Positions 1 to 10,194 of a DNA stretch of 64,000 nucleotides are shown here, in pieces; the first letter of the stretch is position 1, and the number at the start of each line of letters is the position of its first letter. The notes beneath the pieces are model-generated. The model was not told the DNA's origin and ran no database searches. It saw only the letters and a program-made list of their open reading frames with translations. Where the stretch lies: contig OY970065.1 of assembly GCA_963705295.1 (NCBI GenBank), positions 768,001 to 832,000 on the forward strand. The letters are read 5' to 3'. The position numbers and the translations under genes are program-made. Source of the DNA: Parachlamydiales bacterium (GTDB taxonomy: Bacteria > Chlamydiota > Chlamydiia > Chlamydiales > Rhabdochlamydiaceae).

Positions 1-147
1 CAATACCGCAAGATACGCCCAACCCACCCAGCATCTCAGCTTTCATCGGTGGAACCAGTTCGTTAAGTATTAAAAAGCCTCTCCCATACTGAAATTTGAC
101 AACAAAAATTTTATTGTTGATAGTGGAAGTTTTGAGGAATCCAAAGT

Positions 148-1863
148 ATGAAAATCAAATTTATTGTCTTCGCTTTAGTCACTGTAACCCTTTTAGGCGA
201 TCCTTATCACGAGTGCCTAGAGGCAGATGTGATCGTTGTGGGTGGTGGAGCGGCCGGTTGCGTAGTGATGAACCAGCTATCGGAGAACGGTCGGTATGAG
301 GTATTAGGAATTGAGGCTGGTGCAAATTTAACAACGGATCCTGCAATAGAGGCAGTGGGTCTCCCAGCATTCTTGTTGGCTGGGACAGGACAGTATAAGT
401 ATTTTTGGTCAGGATGGCAGCAAACCATGCCCATGCCAGGGCTCAATGGACGAGTCAGTAGTTGGACAACAGGAATGCTCCTCGGTGGCGGCTCAGCGAT
501 TAACGGATTATACTATGGTCGTGGCTCGAATGACGTGTACTCGGAGTGGAAAAAGGTTGCGCGCAGCAAAAATTGGAGTCTGAACAAAATTCTTGCAACC
601 TTCAAGGCTCTTGAGAACTACCAAGGATTGACAATTACTTCTGGGGCACGAGGAAACAACGGTCCTGTCAATGTGCTACAGACGCCCACAGTGGCGCAGA
701 TGACAACGAACATACTACTTCCCGCAACACAGGCAGCGTTTCCTGGAATTCCAACGGTGGTCGACTATGATGATCCGAGTGTTGAGAATTGCATAGACAC
801 GCGTGCTCAGTGGTTCATTGACCCTACGGGTACCGAGCGAGTCAGTAGCGCGACAGCATTTTTAAATTCCGATGTTATGACGCCCGATGGTTACGGAGTC
901 AACGGGCATAATCTGCGTGTGATCTTCGATTCGGTTGTGACGAAAATAGTATTTAACGAACATGGGCGTGCCCAAAAAGTACAATATATAAAGGACGGCA
1001 AGCTCTTGGAAGCAACCGCTCGGAAAGGTGTTGTTTTAGCGGGTGGCATCAACAGTAGCAAGTTACTACAACTTTCAGGCATAGGTCCGAAGAAAGCGCT
1101 AAAGAATGCAAGGATCAAGCCGGTGTTCATCAATGAGAACGTAGGGAAACATCTCCAAAACCATCCGCTCATCTTCATTACGATGCCAGCAAATCCCGCA
1201 GATAATGGTATACCCGATGGAGCACCGTATGCATTTACTATCCATAATGTCTACTTGCCCGTCGTGGGCGGTAGTTCCAGCGACCCACGCATGCTACAGA
1301 TTTTGTTCGAATTCATACCAGCACCCGTTCCGTTACTTGCCATTGGATTCGAGCTTTTGAACCCAAAGAGTGAGGGTAGTGTCACCATCCAAAGTGACAA
1401 TGTATTTCAGATAGCCTCAGTGACCGATGGCTTTTACCAAGATCCTGTAGACCTGGAGAATATGAAGAATGCCATCAAGGTCTATATTCGGAATCTGCTA
1501 GCACAACTAGCCCTCGTCAACCCAGGACTGCCTTTCTATAAACCCATTCCAGGAGACCCGATCAATGCCGTCATCGCTTCTGGTTTTGACGACGCAGTCG
1601 TTGAGCAGTACGTGAAAAATAACAGCAATCTTTCGCTGGATGTCCACCACTTTACATCGCACTGTAAAATGGCACCTCTGAAAGCCGGTGGTGTGGTAAA
1701 CGGCGACACACGTGTTTATGGCACAAAGAACGTTTTTGTAACGGACAACTCCATCTGTCCGGTGATTCCCGATATCAATACAACAGCATCAGCTATGATG
1801 ATCGGACTCAGGAGCAGCGAAATTCTGAAACGTCTCTTGCGCAAAGATCACAATTCCCCCTAA
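148..1863 (+). CDS. GMC-family FAD oxidoreductase with predicted signal peptide
   Basis: DVIVVGGGAAG dinucleotide-binding motif, LGGGSAING, LQLSGIGP, VGKHLQNH, C-terminal HFTSHCKM and NTTASAMMIG; hydrophobic N-terminus. Confidence 0.92.
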   Translation: MKIKFIVFALVTVTLLGDPYHECLEADVIVVGGGAAGCVVMNQLSENGRYEVLGIEAGANLTTDPAIEAVGLPAFLLAGTGQYKYFWSGWQQTMPMPGLNGRVSSWTTGMLLGGGSAINGLYYGRGSNDVYSEWKKVARSKNWSLNKILATFKALENYQGLTITSGARGNNGPVNVLQTPTVAQMTTNILLPATQAAFPGIPTVVDYDDPSVENCIDTRAQWFIDPTGTERVSSATAFLNSDVMTPDGYGVNGHNLRVIFDSVVTKIVFNEHGRAQKVQYIKDGKLLEATARKGVVLAGGINSSKLLQLSGIGPKKALKNARIKPVFINENVGKHLQNHPLIFITMPANPADNGIPDGAPYAFTIHNVYLPVVGGSSSDPRMLQILFEFIPAPVPLLAIGFELLNPKSEGSVTIQSDNVFQIASVTDGFYQDPVDLENMKNAIKVYIRNLLAQLALVNPGLPFYKPIPGDPINAVIASGFDDAVVEQYVKNNSNLSLDVHHFTSHCKMAPLKAGGVVNGDTRVYGTKNVFVTDNSICPVIPDINTTASAMMIGLRSSEILKRLLRKDHNSP

Positions 1864-1878
1864 AAAAAGGGGGAAAAA
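1854..1878. terminator. Probable bidirectional hairpin terminator between the GMC gene and dnaK
   Basis: TTCCCCCT-AAAAAA-AGGGGGAA inverted repeat between convergent stop codons. Confidence 0.6.
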
Positions 1879-3771
1879 TTACTTCTTCTCGTCGTCGACG
1901 ATTTCGACTTCGGCTTCCTCGATGTCGGGTTTTTGCTGATCAGCAGAAGGTGCGGGGCCTTGTTGCTGTTGGCTCTGCATCGCTTCACCTATCTTTTGCA
2001 TGTAGGTGTTGAGCTCGTTGGACGTTTGCCGGATGGCATCGATATCGGAGCCTTGGAGCGCTGTTTTGACGGCGTCGATCCGGCTTTGGATATCGGAGGC
2101 GAGGTTCGCAGGGATTTTGTCCTTGTGGTCCGTGAGGGCCTTCTGGGCACGGAAGGAGAGAGCATCGGCTTCGTTGCGAGCCTCAATCTCATCTTTCCGT
2201 TTTTTATCCTCTTCTGCGTTGTCTTCGGCATCTTTGAGCATCCGCTTGATTTCCGCTTCGGTGAGACCCGATTTGGCTTCGATACGGATTTTTTGCTCTT
2301 TACCGGTTTTGGTATCTTTCGCAGAGACATGGAGGATACCGTCGGCATCGATGTCGAAACAGACTTCAATCTGAGGCATTCCTCGAGCAGCAGGTGGGAT
2401 ATCGGTCAGGTCAAAACGGCCGATCTCTTTATTGTCTTTGGCCATCTTTCGTTCTCCTTGGAGGACGACGATGGTCACCGCAGGCTGGTTGTCAGCAGCG
2501 GTTGAGAAGATCTGTTTTTTCTGCGTCGGGATGGTTGTATTTCGCTCGACGATCGGAGTGAGCACTCCGCCCAAGGTTTCAATACCGAGGGTGAGGGGAA
2601 TGACGTCGAGGAGAAGGATATCTTTCACTTCGCCCGACAGAACGGCGCCTTGGATGGCGGCTCCGACGGCGACGACTTCATCCGGGTTCACACCTTTATG
2701 AGGCTCCCGTCCGAAAATCTCCTTCACTTTCCGCTCGACGGCAGGCATCCGGGTCATACCACCGACCAAGATCACTTCGTTGATCTGTTCTTTGGCAAGA
2801 CCGGCATCTTTGAGGGCCTTGAGGCATGGCTCGACGGTCCGCTCAACGAGGTTATGCGCGAGAGACTCGAGTTTAGCCCGTGTTAAGGTGAGGGCCAAGT
2901 GTTTGGGACCTGTTGCATCGACGGTGATGAACGGTTGGTTGATCTCGGTTGATTGGGTTCCTGAAAGTTCGATTTTGGCTTTTTCAGCAGCATCGCGGAG
3001 ACGTTGCAGCGCCATTTTATCTTTACTCAGGTCAATTCCGTGCTCTTTTTTGAACTCATCGAGCATCCACTGCAGGATGGTATTGTCAAAGTCATCTCCT
3101 CCGAGGTGGGTGTCCCCGTTGGTTGATAAAACTTCGAAAACTCCATCACCAATTTCTAGGATCGAGATATCAAATGTTCCTCCACCGAGGTCAAACACGG
3201 CGATTTTTTTGTCGTGTCCCTTGTCAAAACCATAAGCCAAGGCTGCAGCTGTAGGCTCAGGGATGATCCGTTTCACATCGAGTCCAGCAATCCGGCCTGC
3301 ATCTTTCGTCGATTGACGTTGAGAGTCATTGAAATAAGCAGGGACCGTGATGACGGCTTCGGTGATTTTCTCCCCGAGATAAGCTTCGGCAGTTTCTTTC
3401 ATCTTGATGAGAACTTGCGCACCGACCTCTTCGGGTGTGAGGATTTTCCCGTCGACTTCAAAAACGGCATCACCATTGCTGTTTTGCGTCACTTTATAAG
3501 GAACGGTTTTCAGCTCTTGCTGCACTTCGCTGAATTTGCGGCCGATGAACCGTTTTGCGGAATAAATGGTCCGCTCGGGGTTCATGACAGCTTGACGTTT
3601 CGCAGGAACTCCCACGATTCTTTCATCGGTTTTAAATCCGACAGTCGACGGCGTTGTTCGTCCTCCTTCGGCATTGGCGATGACAACGGGGGTACTTCCC
3701 TCCATGATGGAAACACACGAGTTGGTGGTTCCAAGGTCGATTCCAATGATTTTACTTTTCTTCTTGTTCAT
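1879..3771 (-). CDS. dnaK: Chaperone DnaK (Hsp70)
   Basis: [27 protein letters not shown] motifs; start placed at the ATG with GGAG SD. Confidence 0.99.
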   Translation of the reverse strand: MNKKKSKIIGIDLGTTNSCVSIMEGSTPVVIANAEGGRTTPSTVGFKTDERIVGVPAKRQAVMNPERTIYSAKRFIGRKFSEVQQELKTVPYKVTQNSNGDAVFEVDGKILTPEEVGAQVLIKMKETAEAYLGEKITEAVITVPAYFNDSQRQSTKDAGRIAGLDVKRIIPEPTAAALAYGFDKGHDKKIAVFDLGGGTFDISILEIGDGVFEVLSTNGDTHLGGDDFDNTILQWMLDEFKKEHGIDLSKDKMALQRLRDAAEKAKIELSGTQSTEINQPFITVDATGPKHLALTLTRAKLESLAHNLVERTVEPCLKALKDAGLAKEQINEVILVGGMTRMPAVERKVKEIFGREPHKGVNPDEVVAVGAAIQGAVLSGEVKDILLLDVIPLTLGIETLGGVLTPIVERNTTIPTQKKQIFSTAADNQPAVTIVVLQGERKMAKDNKEIGRFDLTDIPPAARGMPQIEVCFDIDADGILHVSAKDTKTGKEQKIRIEAKSGLTEAEIKRMLKDAEDNAEEDKKRKDEIEARNEADALSFRAQKALTDHKDKIPANLASDIQSRIDAVKTALQGSDIDAIRQTSNELNTYMQKIGEAMQSQQQQGPAPSADQQKPDIEEAEVEIVDDEKK

Positions 3772-4258
3772 TTGTTTCTCCATTTTTTGTAATAACTTTT
3801 GCAACCTTCACGCGGGCGGGCCTGATAATTCTGTCTCCACACCGGTATCCTTTGACGAATTCTTTCAGGACAGTTCCTGCAGGAATGAGGTCGGTTTCTT
3901 CCATTTCGACAGCTTCGTGTTTCGCAGCATCAAAAAGTTGTCCTTCTGACACGAATGGGGCAGCGCCGTTTTGGGCGATAATTTCTTTAAACTGAGCGAG
4001 AATCATCTGAAATCCAACAGCCCAGTTTTTCACTTCGTCCGACATCTGATTTGCGAACTGCAGAGCATTTTCAAAATTGTCGATGGGGCCCAGTATCTCG
4101 ATCAAAATATTTTCTAGAACGAACCGAGTATTTTCTTGTTTTTCTTTTTGCATCCGTTTCCGCATGTTTTCAGTCTCAGCGAGCAGACGTAGGTATTTAT
4201 CTTTGTAATCGATCACTTCCTCGACGACAGGGGCAACTACAGGGGGTTCTTCACTCAT
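3752..4258 (-). CDS. grpE: Nucleotide exchange factor GrpE
   Basis: [39 protein letters not shown]; lies between hrcA and dnaK. Confidence 0.97.
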   Translation of the reverse strand: MSEEPPVVAPVVEEVIDYKDKYLRLLAETENMRKRMQKEKQENTRFVLENILIEILGPIDNFENALQFANQMSDEVKNWAVGFQMILAQFKEIIAQNGAAPFVSEGQLFDAAKHEAVEMEETDLIPAGTVLKEFVKGYRCGDRIIRPARVKVAKVITKNGETNEQEEK

Positions 4259-5321
4259 GTTTATTCTCCAAAAGTAAGGCTTCGGGTTGTTTGACGGTGA
4301 TCTTAAATTTATAGAGGCTCTTCGTCAGAGAGTCGCTCAGCGCGCTAGAGACCGTCTTGAGAAGGCCAAAAAGTTTTCGATAGGGGATCCGGTTAGGGCC
4401 TAAAATCGCGATCGAACCGACAATACTCTGATGGATTTTGTACGGGATCGCAATGGCAGAACACCCTTGGAGTTGACCACCGATCCAACAGCTCAAGTCG
4501 CCGGCCTTTGCGCACTCTTGAAGAAGGGTACGGAGAGCTTCGTGGTTCTCAAAAAGGCCAAGGCCATCGGCTAAAGCAGTTGCATCGTTGAAATCGGGAT
4601 AAGCTAGCAGCTTCGAAAATCCGGTCTTGTAAATGTCTTCATCGGAAAAATAGGTCGTTTCGACAAGGTGCCGGAGCATCACTTCGCTGTAAAACCGGTT
4701 CGCTAACAGTTCCTCATCGCGAGGAAGGGTCGGCCTGTCTGCTCCGGTGAGTTTCCAGCGGAAAAAACTCTCGATCCGTTTTAAAGTGAAACTGCTCAGC
4801 TTTTTGTCGGCATAGAGAAGTTCCGTGTGGACATGACCAAAATCGGTCATCAGCACACAGAGACATCGATGGTGATCAATGCCCACCAATTTGATGTCTA
4901 AAACGAGATCGTTATCAAACCGGGGAGCTGAAAGAAATACCGCACACTTCGACGCCTCGCTCAACTTCTCAGCCACCGCCTGAAGATACCCCGCCAGTTC
5001 ACGGGTCTCCTTCCTCAATGCTTTCTCCAATTCTTTCTCTTCTAATGGTGGAGTTTTAAGATGGGTCTGGGCATACAATTGATAGGCTTGTGCAGTGGGG
5101 ATCCGGCCGCCCGAAGAGTGTTGCTGCTTGAGAAATCCTTCTTCTTCCAACTTGCCGAAATAATTCCTGATCGTAGCCGAGCTGAGCGAATCGAACCCAT
5201 TCTCTCTCAGGGTATTAGATCCGACAGGTTTCCCACTCTCCAAATACAATTCAACCAGGCCGAGTAAAACCCATCTTTCTCGTTGATCTTTAGGAGGTTT
5301 GCGCAGCATTAAACTTTTCAT
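4251..5321 (-). CDS. hrcA: Heat-inducible transcription repressor HrcA
   Basis: LSSATIRNY, QHSSGGRIPT, GSIAILGPNRIPY; first gene of the hrcA-grpE-dnaK operon. Confidence 0.96.
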   Translation of the reverse strand: MKSLMLRKPPKDQRERWVLLGLVELYLESGKPVGSNTLRENGFDSLSSATIRNYFGKLEEEGFLKQQHSSGGRIPTAQAYQLYAQTHLKTPPLEEKELEKALRKETRELAGYLQAVAEKLSEASKCAVFLSAPRFDNDLVLDIKLVGIDHHRCLCVLMTDFGHVHTELLYADKKLSSFTLKRIESFFRWKLTGADRPTLPRDEELLANRFYSEVMLRHLVETTYFSDEDIYKTGFSKLLAYPDFNDATALADGLGLFENHEALRTLLQECAKAGDLSCWIGGQLQGCSAIAIPYKIHQSIVGSIAILGPNRIPYRKLFGLLKTVSSALSDSLTKSLYKFKITVKQPEALLLENKHE

Positions 5322-5328
5322 GTTCTTT

Positions 5329-5357
5329 ATTATACTCAAATCTGCTTGAAAAGACAA
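5329..5357 (-). promoter_or_regulatory. Sigma66/70-type promoter of hrcA-grpE-dnaK
   Basis: TTGTCT-17 nt-TATAAT, ending 7 nt before the ATG at 5321. Confidence 0.7.
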
Positions 5358-5363
5358 GGATTT

Positions 5364-5390
5364 TTAGCGCTTTGTGTTGTCAATTGCTAA
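5364..5390. promoter_or_regulatory. CIRCE operator (HrcA binding site)
   Basis: TTAGCGCTT-N9-AATTGCTAA resembles the consensus TTAGCACTC-N9-GAGTGCTAA; sits just upstream of the hrcA -35. Confidence 0.8.
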
Positions 5391-7713
5391 ATTTATTGAT
5401 AAGCCCTTGAGAATCAAGGTGATATTTTAATGCCGGGTATTCTTCAATAGCTTTTTGAATATCGTTTAAAATATCGAACATGCGAGGGGCTTGTTCATAA
5501 GTCTTGTGTCCATTATTGAGGTAAAGAGTGAAGTAATTTAGTGCTTTTTTTTCTTTCCTGGTTTTTAGATAACACCAGGCAAGTCCGCGATAAGCTCGGA
5601 TGGCGGAGTGGGTGTTCTCTCCATAGTGTTCCACGCTATTGCGTAAGGCTTTTTTGAAAGTTTTTTTTGCTTTGTCGTAGTGTTTAAGGTGAAAATAACA
5701 CCACCCCATGCCACTGAGACCCAAAGAGAGATCTCCTTGTTTCTTCCCCCGAATAGAAATATGATAGTCGATTCCTTTGCTGAAAAGCTCAAAAGCTTTT
5801 TTGTAGTTTCCTTGAGCTAAAATAATCCAAGCTTTGTATATCAGACCATTGATATAAGAAGGGTGCACTTTTCCGCACGATCTCTGATAAATTTCTATCG
5901 CTTCATCACATAATTTGAGTGCTTCCAAATGGTTCCCTTGATCCCGTAGGCATAGACTGACATTGATCAATGAATTTGCGACACCGACATCAATTTCCCC
6001 CTTTTTTTCACGCCGAATTTTCAGAGACTGGTGATGACATTCGAGAGACTCTTCGTATCTGCCGAGTTGCCATAAAGCCACTCCTTTGGTGCTGAGGCTG
6101 CGTGTAAATTCGAGAGGTTTTTCTTCTAAAAAATGGGCATGGATCCGTATACCTTCTTGACATGCTGTCAGGGCTTCGGAAAATCTTCCTAAGTTCAGAA
6201 GAGTCCACCCGACATTATCATATGCCAATCCCAGTTCTGTTGAAGGCCCGGAGGACTGTCTTAATTGTAAAACCTTGTAATTGGACTCTAATGCCTCGGG
6301 ATAACTATCATTGAAAAGACACCACTCTGCGATCCCTTCGTGAAACAAGGCTTCCTCCGCTTTAAAGTGGACGTTATAGGTCTCGAGCCATTTTCGGACA
6401 GTGCAGGCATGCAAATACCACCATTCACCTTCTTTCCAAGAAGAAAAATCCTCAAACATATATCTTCGGACATTTTTTGCTAGAAGTGAAAGTGCCTCGC
6501 CCAGATCGTACTGAACATGTTCTTTCCGACTTTCTCGGATCATGTGTTGAAAAAAACGGTGTAGAGAAAAAGTCTTACTGTTTTCTTCATACCGGATAAT
6601 GCCATACCGCTGTAGAGACCGAAAAATATCCTTTTTCCTCATTTGGAGATTGGTTTTTTCTGAAGAACATTTTTCTGACAGCCATTCCTCTAGCCATTTC
6701 TCATGGATATGCTCGGGGTAGAGATAACTGCAGATAAAAAGCCATTCTAAGGCAAGAGGGTTTTCTTTTTCTAAAGACTTCAAAGAAAACTGCCACGATG
6801 CAGCCAAGCTTTTTAAATAACGGTGATTGATGTCTTTCGCGTCCCAAAGAGGTCCTTCTTTGTCTTGAAGTTTAGAAGAAAAGATTTTTTGGTATTCGAA
6901 GACGTCGCAACTCGGAGTTGCTTTGATGTAGTGAGCTGCATGGTTGATCAGGAGGGGAATGTTATCCAGATCGGAAGCGAGTTGCTCCATCGCCCCACTT
7001 CGCTTTTCTTCACTGATTTTCTCCAAAAGATGGATCGATTCTTCCCTGGAAAAAGGTTCGATTTCTAGAATGAATTTAGGGTTTAAAACTTTCTTTTGCG
7101 ATGTGACTAAAATGGCACCTCCTCTTTGGGGATAGTCGGTGAGATCTTGTTCCACGTTATCAAAAATGAGAAGCCAAGGGAGTTTAAAGGCGTGGTTTTC
7201 CAAATAGAAATGAACCCTTTCTCGAAGCTTCACGGAAGATTTTACAGAGGTTGAAAGACCCAGTTTCTCGGCTAAATCCCGATATCCTTGATCGATATGC
7301 TCTGGGCTATCGCATAAAAAGGTCCATATTAAGGAAAAATGGGACGAATATTGATTGGCAAACTGGATGGCGAGCTCTGTTTTACCAAATCCACCTTTTC
7401 CCCAAACCACTTGAATTTTGATGGGATCTTGTTCTTTCAAAAGATTTTTATAAAGAATGTCAAGATAATGTTGCCTCCCAACAAAGTCTGGACAGGGGGC
7501 TTTCACATTGGTGAAATAGTGTAATTTTGTCTCTTTTTTATAGAGAAAAGGAGTCACGATCAACAGAAGAAAAAGAATCGCAAAACCGATTTTTTTCATC
7601 CCTTTTGGAGTTTTCGGTTTTGAAAATTTTGGTAGTTGAGGGGGTAGCGTGAATTTCTCTATACTTTCCAATTCAGAGATGTCAAAAGAACTTTGATTAG
7701 GAATTGCAGGCAT
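5380..7713 (-). CDS. TM-anchored NB-ARC (STAND) NTPase + TPR protein (NLR-like), paralog A
   Basis: N-terminal TM (IGFAILFLLLIVTPF), FVGR, Walker A GKGGFGKT, Walker B LLIFDNVE, NIPLLI (GLPL-like), SLHRF (MHD-like), C-terminal TPRs. Confidence 0.88.
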   Translation of the reverse strand: MPAIPNQSSFDISELESIEKFTLPPQLPKFSKPKTPKGMKKIGFAILFLLLIVTPFLYKKETKLHYFTNVKAPCPDFVGRQHYLDILYKNLLKEQDPIKIQVVWGKGGFGKTELAIQFANQYSSHFSLIWTFLCDSPEHIDQGYRDLAEKLGLSTSVKSSVKLRERVHFYLENHAFKLPWLLIFDNVEQDLTDYPQRGGAILVTSQKKVLNPKFILEIEPFSREESIHLLEKISEEKRSGAMEQLASDLDNIPLLINHAAHYIKATPSCDVFEYQKIFSSKLQDKEGPLWDAKDINHRYLKSLAASWQFSLKSLEKENPLALEWLFICSYLYPEHIHEKWLEEWLSEKCSSEKTNLQMRKKDIFRSLQRYGIIRYEENSKTFSLHRFFQHMIRESRKEHVQYDLGEALSLLAKNVRRYMFEDFSSWKEGEWWYLHACTVRKWLETYNVHFKAEEALFHEGIAEWCLFNDSYPEALESNYKVLQLRQSSGPSTELGLAYDNVGWTLLNLGRFSEALTACQEGIRIHAHFLEEKPLEFTRSLSTKGVALWQLGRYEESLECHHQSLKIRREKKGEIDVGVANSLINVSLCLRDQGNHLEALKLCDEAIEIYQRSCGKVHPSYINGLIYKAWIILAQGNYKKAFELFSKGIDYHISIRGKKQGDLSLGLSGMGWCYFHLKHYDKAKKTFKKALRNSVEHYGENTHSAIRAYRGLAWCYLKTRKEKKALNYFTLYLNNGHKTYEQAPRMFDILNDIQKAIEEYPALKYHLDSQGLINKFSN

Positions 7714-7773
7714 ATTTCGGAAAAAATGATAGTACTTCGGTTGATTTAGCTTCTATGTGATAATCAAAGGAGG

Positions 7774-7936
7774 TTATTAACCCGAGGGGTCAAAAGATGA
7801 CAACCTGCTTGCTGCGGCTTCGCCATATCGATTCTCGCTCGGCATCCTTCGTATTCAAGAATGTATTCCTCGCGAGAATCAATCTGGCTTTGCCTCGCAG
7901 CGCATCTTGTCACCTTTTGACCCCTCGGGTTAATAA
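7774..7936. mobile_element. 163-bp palindromic element (MITE/RPE-like)
   Basis: Perfect 23-bp terminal inverted repeats TTATTAACCCGAGGGGTCAAAAG...CTTTTGACCCCTCGGGTTAATAA; imperfect pairing continues inward (TGACAA, GCTGCG, GATTCTCGC); more GC-rich than flanks. Confidence 0.8.
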
Positions 7937-7938
7937 TA

Positions 7939-10194
7939 ATGACTCGTAACACGATTGAATCTCTTTGCGCTCCTCCTAAACTTAAACTATTTGTTCTGAA
8001 GCGTGCCAAAAAAAAGATTTTTTTCTTACCGGTGGTGCTCATCGTTGGAGCTGTTCTTTTTAAATTCTTTTCTCCTTTTGGGGATTCTACGGAAAATGTC
8101 TATTTTGCCCATGTTAAGGGACCTTGTCCTGATTTTATTGGACGTCAAGAGTATTTGGATACTCTCAATAAAAACTTGTCTTGTCGCAAAAACAACCTTC
8201 TGGACCCGGTCAAAATCCAAGTCTTATGGGGGAAAGGCGGTTTTGGAAAAAGTGAATTGGCCATTCAATTTGCAAATCAACACCTTTCCGATTATTCGAT
8301 TATTTGGACTTTTTGTTGTGATAGTGAAGAGCTGCAGAATCAGGGATATCGTAATCTCGCTGAAAAATTAAATGTTTTAGTTCCTCAAGATCCTCCGGAT
8401 AGAATTAAAGAAAAAGTTCATTTTTTCCTTGAAAATCATACATTCAAGCTTCCGTGGTTGCTTATTTTCGATAATGTCGAAAATGAGTTGGTGATATACC
8501 CACAAAGAGGGGGCGCGATTTTAATAACCTCCCAGAAAAAAATATTAAATCCAGACTACCTTTTAGAGATCCGACCATTTTCCAGAGAAGAAAGCCTGCA
8601 GCTATTGGAAAAAATCTCCCATGAAAAGAGATCCGTTGCCATGCAGCAGTTGGTAGACGATCTGGATGGAATTCCGCTTTTAATCAACCATGCAGCGCAT
8701 TACATGAAAGCAACGGAATGCGGAGTCGATAAATATCAAAATCTTTTTTCATCTTATCTTCTTAAAAAAGAAGGACCATTATGGAAAAAAATGGATGTCA
8801 ATCATCGGTATTTAAAAAGCTTATCCGCTTCGTGGCAATTTCCGCTCAAATCACTTGAAAAAGAAAATCCTAAAGCTCTGGAGTGGCTCTATATTTGTAG
8901 TTATCTCTATGCAGAGCATATTTGTGAAGAATGGATCGGGGATTGGTTAGGTGAAGATCCCAAATCACAAATAGAAAGAAAAGAGATTCTGAAAGTCCTT
9001 CAAACCTATGGAATTATTCGTTACGAAGAAAAAACAAAATCGTTTTCCCTCCATCGTTTTTTCCAGCATATGATTCGAGAAAATAGAAAAGATCACACGG
9101 CGGAAGACTTGGGCGCAGCTGTTTCATTTTTAGGAAACTACGTAATAGATAAAAATTTTGAACATGACTCTCACTGGAAAGAGGGTGAATTTTGGTTTTT
9201 GCATGCTTGTGAACTTCAGAAGTGGCTGGGGACTACGAAGTTTTCAGAAGATAAAATTAAACGGAGTGAGGCTCTTTTACAGGAGGGGATTGGATGGAGA
9301 TTTTATAATCATTTCTGTTTTTCACAGGCCTTAGATGCGATGAATCAAGCGGTAGATTTCCATCTATCGAGGGCTGAAAAAGATCTTGCCATTCTCTGTC
9401 GGTTATATATCCGTATAGGAAAAAGTTTGAGTTGGTTGGGAAGATACGAGGAGGCTCTAGCTGTTTGTGATAAGGCTCAATCGAGTTGCCAAGAAAGAGG
9501 TTTGGTTTATTCAGCCATTCTACATATCAAAGGATGGATGTTTGAAGATCAAGGGGAATTTGAGCAAGCGGTAGATTCTCATCGTGAGGCTCTTGAAATT
9601 CGGAGAAAATTCTTAGGGAATGACCATTTGGAAGTCGCCAAAAGTTTGAGATGTGTATCCCAGAGTTTGGAGATGATGGGAAAGTATGAGGAAGCTCTTG
9701 TTGAAATTGAAAAAACATTGGAAATCATTGAGAAAACGTGTGGTAAAAATCACCATCTCTATAACGTTCGATTAGGAAATAGAGCATGGATATTATGTAG
9801 TCAGGGTTATTACAGCCAGGCTTTGAAAATTTTCGAGAGAATTTTGCAGCGTCGTCTCGTCTCTTTAAATCAAAAACTAGAACCCGATTTAGCATTTTAT
9901 TGGGAAGGGATCGGGAGATGTCATTACTATCTTGGAAATTTTAAGAAATCTAGAAAAGCATTAAAAAAATCGTTAAAAATTGGTCTTCCTTATTGGGGAG
10001 AAAATTCGGCTGCGATATTGAGAGTTTATAGTGAGCTTGGATGGAGTTATCTTAAAGATAAACATGTAAAAAAAGGACTCGAATATCTCAAGCTTCAACT
10101 TGAAATCAGTGCAAAATTGTATCCAAACAAACCGAGATTAATGCTCAATATGCAAGATTACCAAAAAGCGTTGGAAGAGGTTAAGGACCTGTGA
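7939..10194 (+). CDS. TM-anchored NB-ARC (STAND) NTPase + TPR protein (NLR-like), paralog B
   Basis: N-terminal TM (IFFLPVVLIVGAVLF), FIGR, GKGGFGKS, LLIFDNVE, GIPLLI, SLHRF, TPRs; clear paralog of 5380..7713. Confidence 0.88.
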   Translation: MTRNTIESLCAPPKLKLFVLKRAKKKIFFLPVVLIVGAVLFKFFSPFGDSTENVYFAHVKGPCPDFIGRQEYLDTLNKNLSCRKNNLLDPVKIQVLWGKGGFGKSELAIQFANQHLSDYSIIWTFCCDSEELQNQGYRNLAEKLNVLVPQDPPDRIKEKVHFFLENHTFKLPWLLIFDNVENELVIYPQRGGAILITSQKKILNPDYLLEIRPFSREESLQLLEKISHEKRSVAMQQLVDDLDGIPLLINHAAHYMKATECGVDKYQNLFSSYLLKKEGPLWKKMDVNHRYLKSLSASWQFPLKSLEKENPKALEWLYICSYLYAEHICEEWIGDWLGEDPKSQIERKEILKVLQTYGIIRYEEKTKSFSLHRFFQHMIRENRKDHTAEDLGAAVSFLGNYVIDKNFEHDSHWKEGEFWFLHACELQKWLGTTKFSEDKIKRSEALLQEGIGWRFYNHFCFSQALDAMNQAVDFHLSRAEKDLAILCRLYIRIGKSLSWLGRYEEALAVCDKAQSSCQERGLVYSAILHIKGWMFEDQGEFEQAVDSHREALEIRRKFLGNDHLEVAKSLRCVSQSLEMMGKYEEALVEIEKTLEIIEKTCGKNHHLYNVRLGNRAWILCSQGYYSQALKIFERILQRRLVSLNQKLEPDLAFYWEGIGRCHYYLGNFKKSRKALKKSLKIGLPYWGENSAAILRVYSELGWSYLKDKHVKKGLEYLKLQLEISAKLYPNKPRLMLNMQDYQKALEEVKDL

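Noticed and set aside
1..95. Possible start of a minus-strand gene at the window edge
   Set aside because: Too short to support a call
1933..3792. Long antisense and alternate-frame ORFs over dnaK (likewise over gdhB and ftsK)
   Set aside because: Shadow ORFs arising from codon bias in conserved genes
7764..8042. 92-aa minus-strand ORF as a gene
   Set aside because: Mostly the open frame of the palindromic element and antisense to paralog B
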